A DNA stretch of 64,000 bases, from the NCBI GenBank assembly GCA_027013145.1, contig JALUXX010000011.1, positions 192,556 to 256,555 of the forward strand, read 5' to 3'. Shown here one piece after another: positions 51,429 to 61,791 of this stretch (position 1 is its first letter; each line of letters begins with the position of its first letter). Source of the stretch: Gammaproteobacteria bacterium. Its GTDB lineage: Bacteria > Pseudomonadota > Gammaproteobacteria > 21-64-14. A program made the position numbers and the translations under genes. The notes under the pieces were generated by a model that was given only the letters and a program-made list of their open reading frames with translations, had not been told where the DNA came from and searched no databases.

Positions 51429-52132
51429 ACGCCGCCGAACTCAAGGTGCGCGTGCAGGCGCTCGCCGCGCGCATCGACGCCCTCACGCTGCGCGAGCGGG
51501 CCCTGCTGCTCGCCGCGCTCCTGGTGGTGCTCTACGTACTCTGGTCGAACCTGATGATGGCTCCGCTCGAGGCCCGCCGGAAGGCCGAACAGGACCAGGT
51601 GGCACAGCTCAATTCGCGCATCGCGCTGCTCGACCGCCAGGCGCGCGCGGTGATCGCGCGCGGCAACGAGGACCCGGATCGCGCCGCACGCGAACGGCGC
51701 GCCGCGCTGCGCGGGGAGATCGCCGACCTGAACCGCCGGCTGCGCCGCTACACCGCCAACCTGATCTCGCCCACGGCGATGGTGCAGGTGCTGGAACGGG
51801 TGCTGCGGCGCGAGCCCGGCCTGCACCTGATCGCCGCGCGCAGCCTCCCGGCCGTGCCGCTGTTGCAGCAGTCCGCCCCCGCCAAGGGGAAAAAAGGCAC
51901 GAAGGCGTCGGCGCACCGGGTTGCGGCCACCGCCGGGATCTACAAGCGCGGCCTGACACTCGAGTTCGACGGCACCTTCCCGGCGACGCTGCGCTATGTC
52001 AAGGCGCTGGAGGCGCTGCCCTGGCAGCTCTTCTGGGACCGGATCGACTACCGCGTGGAGCGCTACCCGCGCGCCCGGGTGACCATCACCGTGCACACGC
52101 TGAGCCTGACCCCGGGGTGGATCGGTGTCTGA
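51425..52132 (+). CDS. mshJ: MSHA biogenesis protein MshJ (PilO-like)
   Basis: TM helix plus coiled coil, PilO-like. 4-nt overlap on both sides. Confidence 0.7.
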   Translation: MNAAELKVRVQALAARIDALTLRERALLLAALLVVLYVLWSNLMMAPLEARRKAEQDQVAQLNSRIALLDRQARAVIARGNEDPDRAARERRAALRGEIADLNRRLRRYTANLISPTAMVQVLERVLRREPGLHLIAARSLPAVPLLQQSAPAKGKKGTKASAHRVAATAGIYKRGLTLEFDGTFPATLRYVKALEALPWQLFWDRIDYRVERYPRARVTITVHTLSLTPGWIGV

Positions 52133-52526
52133 CGCCGCCCCGATCCGCGCGCGCCGCCGCGCCCGCCGCCGGGCGGCCGCCCTGGTGTTGCTGGCGGCGG
52201 GCCTCGGCGTGCGCGCGGACGCGACCCTGCGCGACCCGACGCGCCCGCCCGTGCTCGCCGCCCCCGCGCAGGCGCGCGCCGCGCACGCGGCGGTCTGGCG
52301 CCTGACCTCGACCCTGATCTCCCCGCAGCGGCGCATCGCCGTGATCAACCGGCGCACGGTCGAGGCCGGGCAGCGCGTCGACGGCGCGGTGGTGGTATGG
52401 ATCGGCCCGGGCCGGGCGCGGGTACGCCACAACGGACGCGAGATCACGCTGCACCTGCTGCCCGGTGCGGTGAAGACTCCGGCGGGGCGCGCGGCGCCCC
52501 CCGAACGAGAAGGCGGTGATCCATGA
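52125..52526 (+). CDS. mshK: MSHA biogenesis protein MshK (PilP-like)
   Basis: Signal/TM region and the LRDPTRPP motif characteristic of MshK. GTG start. Confidence 0.7.
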   Translation: MSDAAPIRARRRARRRAAALVLLAAGLGVRADATLRDPTRPPVLAAPAQARAAHAAVWRLTSTLISPQRRIAVINRRTVEAGQRVDGAVVVWIGPGRARVRHNGREITLHLLPGAVKTPAGRAAPPEREGGDP

Positions 52527-54406
52527 AGACGAACCCCTTGCGGGGCGCAAGCCCCACGCGCGGCACGATCCCTTATCGGAGCGCGGGCCCGGCACGGGCG
52601 ATGCGCGCCGCGGCGGCGATCGCCGGCGCGATCGCGCTCGCCGGCTGCGCGGCGCTGGCGCCGCCCGCCCCCAAGGCGCAGACCCCCGCTGCGCACGCGG
52701 CGGCGATGCATCACCCGCCCGCGCCCGCCGCGACGCGCGCCGCGCCGCCCGCCGCGGTGCGCCAGGCGCTGCTGCCGCCCGTGCAGTTGAACCTGGGGCC
52801 TGAAGGACCAGGGGCCTCCGGCGCTGCGTCGGGCGCCGGGGCGCGCTTCGACGTGCGCGTCCACGACGCCCCGGCGCGCCAGTTCTTCATGAGCCTGGTG
52901 CAGGGGACGCCGTACAACATGCTGGTCAACCCCGGGGTCAAGGGGCGCATCTCGCTGCGGCTCAAGAACGTGACCATCGAGCAGGTCCTGGAGGCGGCGC
53001 GCGATGTCTACGGCTACGACTTCCGCCGGACCGCGCTGGGCTTCGAGGTGCTGCCCCCGAGCCTGCGCACGCGCATCTTCCAGGTGAACTACCTCGACAT
53101 CCAGCGCCTCGGCAAGTCGGAGACGCGCGTGAGCTCCGGCCAGATCAGCCAGAACCCCTATGGCTACGGGGGCGCCTATGGCGCCGGGGGCGCGACGGGC
53201 GGGATCGGCGGCGCCTTCGGCCCGACGACGGTGGGCGGCGTGGGCAACGCCGTGAGCCTGCCGAGCAGCAGCATCAAGACCAAGACCGACAACGACGTCT
53301 GGAAGAATCTCACCAAGGCGCTGACCGCCATGGTCGGCGACAAGGACGGGCGCCAGGTCATCGTCAGCCCGGATTCGGGCGTCGTCGTGGTGCGCGCCAT
53401 GCCGCGGGAGCTGCACGAGGTGGCGAAGTTCCTGCGCACCGTGCAGGGCAGCCTGCGCCGCCAGGTGATCCTCGAGGCCAAGATCCTCGAGGTCGACCTC
53501 AATCACGGCTTCCAGTCCGGCATCAACTGGGCCGCGCTCGGCCAGGTCGGGACCAACAAGACCCTGCTCTTCGGCCAGACCGGCGGCGGCACGCTGCTCA
53601 ACGGCAAGCCCTCGAGCATCGCGGGCAACAGCGGCGACCTCAACCCGAACGCCCTCAAGCAGGTGGTCGGCACCGCGACTTCGGCCTTCGGCGGGGCCTT
53701 CAGCGTCGCGGCCAACCTGCACGACTTCAACGCCTTCATCGAGCTGCTCAAGACCCAGGGCACCGTACACGTGCTCTCGAGCCCCCGGGTGGCGACGGTC
53801 AACAATCAGCAGGCGGTCATCAAGGTCGGGACCGACGAGTTCTTCGTCACCAACGTCTCCAGCACCACGGTCACCGGCACCACCACCACGACCACGCCGA
53901 ACATCACGCTCACGCCGTTCTTCTCGGGGATCGCGCTCGACGTCACGCCGCAGATCGACGCGAGCGGCGACGTCACGCTGCACATCCACCCCACGGTCAG
54001 CAACGTCAAGGACCAGACCAAGACCATCACCGTGGCCGGCCAGCAGCAGACCCTGCCGCTCGCCTTGAGCACGGTGCGCGAATCCGACAGCGTGGTCTAT
54101 GCGCACAGCGGCCAGGTCGTCGTCATCGGCGGACTGATGCAGACCACGCGCCAGAAGGACGTGGCCGGCACGCCGATCCTGAGCGACCTCCCGGTGCTGG
54201 GCGCACTGTTCCGCCATACCAAGACGGCGCTGGCGAAGAGCGAGCTGGTCATCCTCCTGCGCCCGATCGTCGTCGAGGGCCCGCAGACCTGGGCGCACGC
54301 GGTCGAGGGCGCGCAACGGCGGATGGAGGCGATGGGCGCGGCCCCGGAGGACGCCGCGACGCGGGTGATCACCAACCTCTTCGGCTCCGGCTCCGACGCA
54401 AACTGA
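52523..54406 (+). CDS. mshL: MSHA secretin MshL (GspD/PilQ family)
   Basis: Secretin C-terminal domain (VVIGGLMQ...TPILSDLPVLGALF...ELVILLRPIVV). Possible lipobox LAGC. Alternative start at 52601. Confidence 0.88.
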   Translation: MKTNPLRGASPTRGTIPYRSAGPARAMRAAAAIAGAIALAGCAALAPPAPKAQTPAAHAAAMHHPPAPAATRAAPPAAVRQALLPPVQLNLGPEGPGASGAASGAGARFDVRVHDAPARQFFMSLVQGTPYNMLVNPGVKGRISLRLKNVTIEQVLEAARDVYGYDFRRTALGFEVLPPSLRTRIFQVNYLDIQRLGKSETRVSSGQISQNPYGYGGAYGAGGATGGIGGAFGPTTVGGVGNAVSLPSSSIKTKTDNDVWKNLTKALTAMVGDKDGRQVIVSPDSGVVVVRAMPRELHEVAKFLRTVQGSLRRQVILEAKILEVDLNHGFQSGINWAALGQVGTNKTLLFGQTGGGTLLNGKPSSIAGNSGDLNPNALKQVVGTATSAFGGAFSVAANLHDFNAFIELLKTQGTVHVLSSPRVATVNNQQAVIKVGTDEFFVTNVSSTTVTGTTTTTTPNITLTPFFSGIALDVTPQIDASGDVTLHIHPTVSNVKDQTKTITVAGQQQTLPLALSTVRESDSVVYAHSGQVVVIGGLMQTTRQKDVAGTPILSDLPVLGALFRHTKTALAKSELVILLRPIVVEGPQTWAHAVEGAQRRMEAMGAAPEDAATRVITNLFGSGSDAN

Positions 54407-54410
54407 ACGG

Positions 54411-55346
54411 ATGGCATGCGCCGTGTACCTGCAACACTTCGGACTGCGTGAGGCGCCCTTCTCGCTGACGCCGGACACGGACTTCTTCTTCGCCGACAGC
54501 GGCCACCGCGAGGCGCTCAACGTGCTGCTGGTGGCGCTGCGCGGCGGCGAGGGCTTCGTCCGCATCACCGGCGAGGTGGGGACCGGCAAGACCCTGCTGT
54601 GCCGGCTGCTGCTGCGGGCGCTGGACGGCGAGTTCGTCACCTGCTACCTGCCCAATCCGTTTCTCACTCCGAGCGCGCTGCGCATGGCCTTCGCCGAGGA
54701 GCTGGGCATCGAGTTCCGCCGCAACCTCGGCCAGCACGGCCTGTTGAAGCTCATCCACAAACGACTGATCGGCCTCGCGGCCGCCGGGCGGCGCGTCGTT
54801 CTGTGCCTGGACGAGGCGCAGTCCCTGCCCGACGAGAGCCTGGAGTCCCTGCGCCTGCTCACCAATCTCGAGACCGAGAAGTCCAAGCTCCTGCAGGTGG
54901 TGCTGTTCGGTCAGCCCGAACTCGAACGGCGCCTGGCGCGCCACGGCCTGCGCCAGCTGCGCCAGCGCATCACCTTCGCCTACCGGCTGCACCCGCTCGG
55001 CCGGCGCGCCGCGGCCGCCTACCTGCGCCACCGCCTCGCGGTGGCCGGGCGCACCGACGGCGGGCCGCTCACCCCGCGCGCGCTGCGCGCGCTCACCCGG
55101 GCGGGCGGCGGGATCCCGCGCCGGCTCAACATCCTCGCGCACAAGGCCCTGCTCGCCGCCTACGGCGGCGGCGCGGCGCGTGTGGGAGCGCGACACGTGC
55201 GCCGCGCCGTGCGCGACGGGCGCGAGCGCCTGTCCGTCCGCGGCTGGCCGGCGCGCCAGCTCGGCCAGGCCGTCCCGGTGGCGGCGGCCGCCCTCGCCCT
55301 GGGCCTGGGGTTTGCGGTGGCGTTGTGGACAGGGCTCGTGCGATGA
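54411..55346 (+). CDS. mshM: MSHA biogenesis protein MshM (ExeA-like AAA ATPase)
   Basis: YLQHFGLREAPFSLTPD..., Walker A GEVGTGKT. Confidence 0.85.
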   Translation: MACAVYLQHFGLREAPFSLTPDTDFFFADSGHREALNVLLVALRGGEGFVRITGEVGTGKTLLCRLLLRALDGEFVTCYLPNPFLTPSALRMAFAEELGIEFRRNLGQHGLLKLIHKRLIGLAAAGRRVVLCLDEAQSLPDESLESLRLLTNLETEKSKLLQVVLFGQPELERRLARHGLRQLRQRITFAYRLHPLGRRAAAAYLRHRLAVAGRTDGGPLTPRALRALTRAGGGIPRRLNILAHKALLAAYGGGAARVGARHVRRAVRDGRERLSVRGWPARQLGQAVPVAAAALALGLGFAVALWTGLVR

Positions 55347-56404
55347 GCCTGATCAACGACATGCTGCGCGACCTCGAGGCGCGCCGCGCCCCGGCGCCGG
55401 CGCCGGGGCTGGACGGGGTCAGCGCCGTACCCGCCGCGCCCGCGACGGGGCGCCGTCGCCTGCTCCTGCCCGCCGCGGCGCTCGCCGCCGCGGGGATCGC
55501 CGGCGGCGCCTTCTGGTACGCCGGTCATCGCGCGCCGGCAGCGCACCCGCCGGCTGCGAAGGCGATACCGGCGCCGCGTGCACCCGCCGCCGCACTCGCG
55601 CCCGCCCGGGCCGCGGCCGCCGCGAGCGTGCCGCCGGCGGCGCCGGCCCTCCCGCCCGTGCGGACCCCCGCGCCGGTGGCGCACCCGCCGCCGGCCCACG
55701 CGCACGCCGAACCGAGCCTGCGCACCCCGACCCCGGCGCCGGAGCGGGCGCATGCCCGGAAGGCCGTGCGCGCGCCTTCCGCGGCGGCGCCGTCCGGCCG
55801 CCCCGCCCGCGGCATCGTACGCTCGATCCCGACGCCCGCGGCGCGGGCGGCGGGGCTGTACCGCGACGCGGTGCGACAACTGCGCGCGGGCGCCGCGGAG
55901 ACGGCGGAACAGACCCTGCAGCGTGCCCTGACACTCGACCCGGACCAACGCCGGGCGCGGGCGCTGCTCGCGGCGCTGTGGCTGCGCGCCGGGCGCACCG
56001 AGGCGGCACGGGCGCTGCTCGGGCCCTACGTCGCCGCCCACCCCGGGGCGCTGACGCTGCTGCGCCTCTACGCCCGCACCCTGATCGCCGCGGGCGATCC
56101 CGCCGGCGCGCGCCGCGCGCTCGAGGCGGCGCTGCCGGGTGCCGCCCGCGACGCCGACTTCGACGCCCTGCTGGCGGCGGTCTACTCGCGCCTGGGCGAA
56201 TACGCCCGCGCCGCCGCGGCCTACCGAGCGGGGCTGGCGGTCCGGCCGCTGGACGCCGCGCTCTGGGCGGGCCTGGCGATCGCCCTCGACCAGGACGGGG
56301 ATGCGCACGGGGCGCGGGCGGCATACCGCCGCGCCGCGCATATCGGGGGCCTGCCCGCGGCGCTCGCCGGCTACGTACGCGCGCGCCTCGCGGCCCTGGA
56401 CTGA
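55343..56404 (+). CDS. mshN: MSHA biogenesis protein MshN (TPR repeats, Ala/Pro-rich linker)
   Basis: MSLINDMLRDLE start, TM segment, Pro/Ala-rich region then TPR repeats. 4-nt overlap with mshM. Confidence 0.75.
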   Translation: MSLINDMLRDLEARRAPAPAPGLDGVSAVPAAPATGRRRLLLPAAALAAAGIAGGAFWYAGHRAPAAHPPAAKAIPAPRAPAAALAPARAAAAASVPPAAPALPPVRTPAPVAHPPPAHAHAEPSLRTPTPAPERAHARKAVRAPSAAAPSGRPARGIVRSIPTPAARAAGLYRDAVRQLRAGAAETAEQTLQRALTLDPDQRRARALLAALWLRAGRTEAARALLGPYVAAHPGALTLLRLYARTLIAAGDPAGARRALEAALPGAARDADFDALLAAVYSRLGEYARAAAAYRAGLAVRPLDAALWAGLAIALDQDGDAHGARAAYRRAAHIGGLPAALAGYVRARLAALD

Positions 56405-56512
56405 GGCCTCCGCGCTCAAGAAAAACGGCCTTGCGGTCGATCTGATCGAACGGACCCCGTGCGCGCCGCGGACGCGGCGGGCGCGAGGGACACAAGGAGC
56501 GGGCGGTCGGGC

Positions 56513-58276
56513 ATGGCGACACGCAAGAAGATCCGGATCGGCGACCTGCTGGTCCAGAACAAGGTGATCTCCGAGGCGCAGCTCGGCGCGGCGCTCGCGG
56601 AGCAGAAGAAGAGCGGGCGCAAGCTCGGGCGCACGCTGGTCGACCTCGGCTACGTGGAGGAGGAGCGCCTGCTGCGCTTCCTCTCCCAGCAGCTCGACAT
56701 CCCCTACGTCGACCTGCGCCACTACAAGGTGCGCCCGGAGACCGTACGCCTGCTCGCCGAGACCTACGCGCGCCGCTATCGGGCCATCGTCCTCGACGAT
56801 TCCGGGCCCGAGATCCTCGTCGGCATGGCCGACCCGACCGACATCTTCGGCTACGACGAACTCTCCCGCATCCTCAAGCGCCCGCTGCGCCAGGCGGTGG
56901 TGCGCGAAGCGGACCTGCTGCGCACCGTCGACGTGGTATACCGGCGCACCGAGGAGATCGTCAGCATCGCCGAGGAACTCAACGAGGACCTCACGCAGCA
57001 CGACTACGACCTCGCGCAGATCATGCAGACCGACGAGGCCGCCGATGCCCCCGTGGCGCGGCTGCTCAAGACGCTGTTCGAAGACGCCGTGCAGGTCAAC
57101 GCCTCCGACATCCACATCGAGCCGGACGAGAACGTGCTGCGCATCCGCCAGCGCGTGGACGGGGTGCTGCAGGAACAGGTGATGAAGGAGAAGCGCATCG
57201 CCGCCGCGCTGGTCCTGCGCCTGAAGCTGCTCGCCGCGCTCGACATCTCCGAGAAGCGCCTGCCGCAGGACGGGCGCTTCAACATCAAGGTAAAGGGCCG
57301 CTCGATCGACGTGCGCCTCTCGACCATGCCGGTGCAGTACGGGGAGTCGGTGGTCATGCGCCTGCTCGACCAGTCCGGCGGCATCCTCGACCTGGGCCAG
57401 CTCGGGATGCCGGCGCCGCTGCTGGCGCGCTTCCGCGGTCACATCCACAGCCCGCACGGGATGGTCCTCGTCACGGGCCCCACCGGCAGCGGCAAGACCA
57501 CGACGCTCTACGCCGCGCTCAGCGAACTCAACGCGCCGGAGAAGAAGATCATCACCGTCGAGGACCCGGTCGAGTACCGCCTCCCGCGCATCAACCAGGT
57601 GCAGGTGAACCCGAAGATCGACCTGACGTTCGCGAGCGTGTTGCGCGCCGGGCTGCGCCAGGATCCGGACATCGTCATGGTGGGCGAGATGCGCGACCGC
57701 GAGACGGCGCAGATCGGGCTGCGCGCGGCCATGACCGGCCACCTGGTGCTCTCGACCCTGCACACCAACGACTCGGTGACGACCGCCAGCCGGCTGGTCG
57801 ACATGGGCGCCGAGGGCTACCTGGTGGCGGCCGCGCTGCACGCGATCGTGGCGCAGCGCCTGGTGCGCCGCGTATGCGAGAGCTGCCGCGAACCCTACAC
57901 GCCCACGCCGCAGGAGCGCGCCTGGCTGGCGGCGACGACCGGCGCCTCCGCGCCCCCGGCGGGCCTGCAACGCGGGGCCGGCTGCCACCACTGCAACGAC
58001 ACCGGCTACCGCGGGCGCATCGGCGTCTACGAGCTGCTCGAGTTGGACCAGCCGATGGCCGACGCCCTGCGCCGCAACGACGCCGCCGCCTTCGCCCGCG
58101 CCGCGGCCGCCTCGAGCGGATTCCGGCCGCTGGCGCGCTGCGCCCTGGACTACGCCGAGCAGGGGCTGACCACGATCGAGGAGGTCATGCGCGTCGCGGG
58201 CGAGCAGGCCGGGGATTCCGGCCGCGGGGCCGATCCCGCGCCGGCCGGGACGCTCGAGGCTCCGGGCGCGTCCTGA
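56513..58276 (+). CDS. mshE: MSHA pilus extension ATPase MshE (GspE family with N-terminal c-di-GMP-binding MshEN domain)
   Basis: N-terminal RIGDLLV...LGYV MshEN motifs. Walker A GPTGSGKTTT, Asp/His boxes, tetracysteine CESC...CHHC. Confidence 0.9.
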   Translation: MATRKKIRIGDLLVQNKVISEAQLGAALAEQKKSGRKLGRTLVDLGYVEEERLLRFLSQQLDIPYVDLRHYKVRPETVRLLAETYARRYRAIVLDDSGPEILVGMADPTDIFGYDELSRILKRPLRQAVVREADLLRTVDVVYRRTEEIVSIAEELNEDLTQHDYDLAQIMQTDEAADAPVARLLKTLFEDAVQVNASDIHIEPDENVLRIRQRVDGVLQEQVMKEKRIAAALVLRLKLLAALDISEKRLPQDGRFNIKVKGRSIDVRLSTMPVQYGESVVMRLLDQSGGILDLGQLGMPAPLLARFRGHIHSPHGMVLVTGPTGSGKTTTLYAALSELNAPEKKIITVEDPVEYRLPRINQVQVNPKIDLTFASVLRAGLRQDPDIVMVGEMRDRETAQIGLRAAMTGHLVLSTLHTNDSVTTASRLVDMGAEGYLVAAALHAIVAQRLVRRVCESCREPYTPTPQERAWLAATTGASAPPAGLQRGAGCHHCNDTGYRGRIGVYELLELDQPMADALRRNDAAAFARAAAASSGFRPLARCALDYAEQGLTTIEEVMRVAGEQAGDSGRGADPAPAGTLEAPGAS

Positions 58277-58301
58277 GCGCGGCCCCGCAGGACGCGAACC
58301 C

Positions 58302-59528
58302 ATGGCCCGATTCGAGTACCGCGGACGCAGCGAGCGGGGCGACGCCGTCACCGGCGTCCTCGAGGCGGCCTCCGCCGACGCGGTCGCGACCCAGCTCCTC
58401 ACCGGCGGGATCACCCCGATCGAGATCCACGCCGCGCGCGAGAGGCGCGACCTGCTCCAGGACCTGCGCCGCCGTCTCGGCGGCGGCGCCCCCGGGCTCG
58501 AGGAGCTGATCCTGTTCGCGCGCCAGATGCACACCCTGATGCGCGCCGGGGTGCCGATCATCCGCGCACTCAACGGGCTCGCGGAGACTTACACCAATCC
58601 CGTGTTCAAGGAGGCGCTCGCCGACGTCGTCGAGCACCTCGAGTCCGGCCGCGACCTCGCCGGTTCCCTGGCGCGCCACCCGCAGGTCTTCTCCTCGCTG
58701 TTCGTCAGCCTGGTGCAGGTCGGGGAGAACACCGGGCGCCTCGACGAGGCCTTCCTCCAGCTCGCCGCCTACCTGGAGATGGAGAAGCAGACCCGGGACC
58801 GCATCAAGGCGGCGCTGCGTTATCCGACGATCGTCATCGTCGCGATCGCCACCGCCCTGGCGATCATCAACCTCAAGGTCATCCCGGCCTTCGCGCGCGT
58901 CTACAGCGGCTTCCACGCCAAGCTGCCGGTGCCCACGCAGATCCTCATCGCCGTCTCCGATTTCACCGTCGCCTGGTGGCCCTACCTGCTCGCCGCCCTG
59001 ATCGCGAGCGTCGCCGGGGTCCGCTTCTACGTGCACACCGAGCAGGGCCGCTACCGCTGGGACAAGCTCAAGCTGCGCCTGCCGGTGGTCGGGGGGATCA
59101 TCCTGCGCGCCACGCTGGCGCGCTTCGCGCGCGCCTTCTCCATGTCCATGCGCTCGGGGGTGCCGCTGATCCAGGCGCTGACGGTGGTGGCGATGGCGGT
59201 CGACAACGAGTACGTCGGCGACCGCGTGCGCGCGATGCGCAACGGCGTCGAGCGCGGCGAGAGCCTCACGCGCACCGCCGCCACCACCGGCCTGTTCACA
59301 CCGCTGGTGCTGCAGATGCTCGCGGTGGGCGAGGAGACCGGCGCGGTGGACGAGCTGCTCGAGCAGGTCGGCGACTTCTACGAGCGCGAGGTCGACTACG
59401 ACCTGAAGAACCTCAGCGACGCGATCGAGCCCATCCTGATCGTCGCCATCGGCGTGATCGTGCTGGTCCTGGCCCTGGGCGTGTTCCTGCCCATGTGGGA
59501 CCTGGCGAGCGCCGTGCAGGGCCGCTGA
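58302..59528 (+). CDS. mshG: MSHA platform protein MshG (GspF family)
   Basis: Two GspF repeats, three TM segments, 408 aa. Confidence 0.9.
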   Translation: MARFEYRGRSERGDAVTGVLEAASADAVATQLLTGGITPIEIHAARERRDLLQDLRRRLGGGAPGLEELILFARQMHTLMRAGVPIIRALNGLAETYTNPVFKEALADVVEHLESGRDLAGSLARHPQVFSSLFVSLVQVGENTGRLDEAFLQLAAYLEMEKQTRDRIKAALRYPTIVIVAIATALAIINLKVIPAFARVYSGFHAKLPVPTQILIAVSDFTVAWWPYLLAALIASVAGVRFYVHTEQGRYRWDKLKLRLPVVGGIILRATLARFARAFSMSMRSGVPLIQALTVVAMAVDNEYVGDRVRAMRNGVERGESLTRTAATTGLFTPLVLQMLAVGEETGAVDELLEQVGDFYEREVDYDLKNLSDAIEPILIVAIGVIVLVLALGVFLPMWDLASAVQGR

Positions 59529-59529
59529 C

Positions 59530-60081
59530 GTGGCCCCGGCGGCGGCGCGCACCCGCGGCGGGGAGCGGGGCTTCACGCTGCTCGAGCTGGTGGTGGTGGT
59601 GATCCTGATCGCGGTGCTGATGTTCATCGCCATCGACCGGCTCATCCGCCTGCAGGCGGTGGCCGAACGCGTCGCCATGGACCAGGTCCTCGGGGGCCTG
59701 CGCAGCGCGCTGACCCTCCAGCTCGCGCAGCGCATCGTGAAAGGACGCACGGGCGATCTCGAGACCCTGGCACGGGCCAACCCGATGCGCTGGCTGGTAC
59801 GCCCGCCGCTCAACTACGCCGGGGCCTTCGAGCATCCGGACCCGGCGCGCATCGCCGGGGGGCAGTGGTACTTCGATCGCGGCTCCGACCGCCTGGTCTA
59901 CCGGGTGGCGCATGCGGCGGACTTCCGCACCCCCCTGCCGGGCCCGCCGCGGATCCGGTTCAAGGTCCGGCTGGTGGTGGCCGATAACCCGTCCGACGGG
60001 GTCCGCGGGGGCGTGGTCGGCGTGCGCCTCGACGCCCAGGAGCCCTACCGCTGGGTGCGCCCCGTGGGCGCCGGTGGCTGA
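59530..60081 (+). CDS. prepilin-type N-terminal domain protein (MshF position; minor pilin-like)
   Basis: [16 protein letters not shown] class III signal after an unusually long 14-aa leader. GTG start. Confidence 0.65.
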   Translation: MAPAAARTRGGERGFTLLELVVVVILIAVLMFIAIDRLIRLQAVAERVAMDQVLGGLRSALTLQLAQRIVKGRTGDLETLARANPMRWLVRPPLNYAGAFEHPDPARIAGGQWYFDRGSDRLVYRVAHAADFRTPLPGPPRIRFKVRLVVADNPSDGVRGGVVGVRLDAQEPYRWVRPVGAGG

Positions 60082-60142
60082 GCCGCGGACCCGCTTCGGG
60101 ACCGGCGCAACGGACGGTCGATCGAGAGGACGAACGGGAGAT

Positions 60143-60604
60143 ATGGCAATGAGGAAACAGGAAGGCTTTACGCTGATCGAGCTGGTGGTGGTGATCGTGA
60201 TCCTCGGGATCCTGGCCGCGACCGCCCTGCCCCGGTTCATCAACGTCACCAACGACGCCTACAAGGCGGCGGTGGCCGGCACCGCCGGCGGCTTCGGCTC
60301 CGGGATCGCGCTGTCCCACGCGCTCTGGATCGCCAAGAACGAGCCCGCGACGGTCACCATGGACGGCGGCTCGACCGTGAACATGACCGCCACCGGCTGG
60401 CCGAGCGTCGCCAGCGCCGCCGACTGCGTCAGCGTCTGGGACGGGGTCATGCAGAATCCGCCGAAGGCGGCGACCGCTGCGGGTACCGGCATCGACTTCG
60501 TCGCGGCGTATACGGCACCGACGTGCACATTCACCTACCAGAAGAACACCGCCATGAAGGTCACCTACAACGGAACGACCGGTAACGTGGGCTTCGTGAA
60601 CTGA
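60143..60604 (+). CDS. mshA: type IV major pilin, MSHA-type (MshA/MshB-like)
   Basis: Leader MAMRKQEG | [18 protein letters not shown], Glu+5, two C-terminal Cys pairs. GGGAG RBS. Strong terminator follows. Confidence 0.85.
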   Translation: MAMRKQEGFTLIELVVVIVILGILAATALPRFINVTNDAYKAAVAGTAGGFGSGIALSHALWIAKNEPATVTMDGGSTVNMTATGWPSVASAADCVSVWDGVMQNPPKAATAAGTGIDFVAAYTAPTCTFTYQKNTAMKVTYNGTTGNVGFVN

Positions 60605-60636
60605 TCCGCGCCCGTCGTCTGACCGGCCGTACCCGC

Positions 60637-60680
60637 CCCGGCCGGCCCGCGCAACGACGCGCGGGCCGGCCGGTTTTTTC
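60637..60680 (+). terminator. rho-independent terminator
   Basis: cccggccggcccgcgc-aacgac-gcgcgggccggccgg followed by TTTTTT, immediately after the pilin stop. Confidence 0.85.
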
Positions 60681-60795
60681 GCGCCCGGGGCGGGGGCCGT
60701 GGGTGCGCCCGGCGCCGGCCGCATCAAGATCCGAGGCCCGATGCCGCTACCCGGTCGATGGTCCGGCTCCCGGCCGCTGCAGCGGAGGCACGGCG

Positions 60796-61260
60796 ATGGC
60801 GCGCGAGGACGCCGCCGGGTTCACCCTGATCGAACTCGTGGTGGTATTGATCGTGGCCGGCGTGCTCGCGGCGGTGGGCGCGTCGCGCTTCTTCGTGCTC
60901 AAGGACTTCCAGGACCGCGGCTTCCATGACGCGACGCTGGCGGCGGTGCGCTACGCGCAGAAGGTCGCGGTGGCCTCCGGCTGCGATGTGGAGGTGCGCA
61001 TCGGCGGCGGCGGGTTCGCGCTCGACGAGCGTTCCGGCTGCACCGGCGGCGGCTTCAGCGTCCCGGTGCGCCGGCCCGGTTCCGGCGGGGCCTTCGCCGC
61101 GAGCGCCCCGTCCGGGGTGACCGTGGGCACGCTGGACTTCTACTACGACGCCCTCGGGCGCCCGCACGCACCGGGCGGGGCACCGCTCTCCGCGCCCGCC
61201 ACGGTCACGGTCGGCGCGGGCACGATCACGGTGGAGCGCGAGACGGGGTTCGTGCACTGA
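60796..61260 (+). CDS. mshC: MSHA minor pilin (MshC-like)
   Basis: Leader MAREDAAG | [27 protein letters not shown]. Confidence 0.75.
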   Translation: MAREDAAGFTLIELVVVLIVAGVLAAVGASRFFVLKDFQDRGFHDATLAAVRYAQKVAVASGCDVEVRIGGGGFALDERSGCTGGGFSVPVRRPGSGGAFAASAPSGVTVGTLDFYYDALGRPHAPGGAPLSAPATVTVGAGTITVERETGFVH

Positions 61261-61291
61261 GATGCGGTGCGCCGGCCGACAGCGCGGGGAC

Positions 61292-61786
61292 ATGCGCGGG
61301 ATGACGCTCATCGAGCTGGTCATCTCGATCGTGGTGATCGCCGTGGCGCTGACCGGCGTGCTCATCGCGTTCACGCAGACGGTGCGCCACAGCGCCGACC
61401 CCATGGTCACCGAGCAGGCGCTGGCGATCGCCCAGTCCTACCTCGAGGAGATCATGCTGCAGCCCTTCTCCGAGCCGCCGAACACGACCGCGCCGTGCAA
61501 CCCGGGGGCGCTGGGGCCGCAGCCGGGCGAGACGCGTGCCACCTTCGACGACGTCGGCGACTACAACGGCCTGGTCGACTCGCCCCCGCGCGACCAGTTC
61601 GGGAACCCGATGAGCCCGGGCTCGTCGCTGATCGATCTGAGCCACTACACGGTGCGGGTGACGGTCGCCTGCGCCGGCCTCAACGGTATCCCCGCCACGC
61701 AGAGCGAGCGGATCACCGTCACGGTCACCAACACCACCGTGCCGGGCGTGCCGATCACGCTCTCCGCCTACCGCACGGCCTACTGA
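61292..61786 (+). CDS. mshD: MSHA minor pilin (MshD-like)
   Basis: Leader MRG | MTLIELVISIVVIAVAL. Start uncertain (61262 or 61292). Confidence 0.7.
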   Translation: MRGMTLIELVISIVVIAVALTGVLIAFTQTVRHSADPMVTEQALAIAQSYLEEIMLQPFSEPPNTTAPCNPGALGPQPGETRATFDDVGDYNGLVDSPPRDQFGNPMSPGSSLIDLSHYTVRVTVACAGLNGIPATQSERITVTVTNTTVPGVPITLSAYRTAY

Positions 61787-61791
61787 CGCCC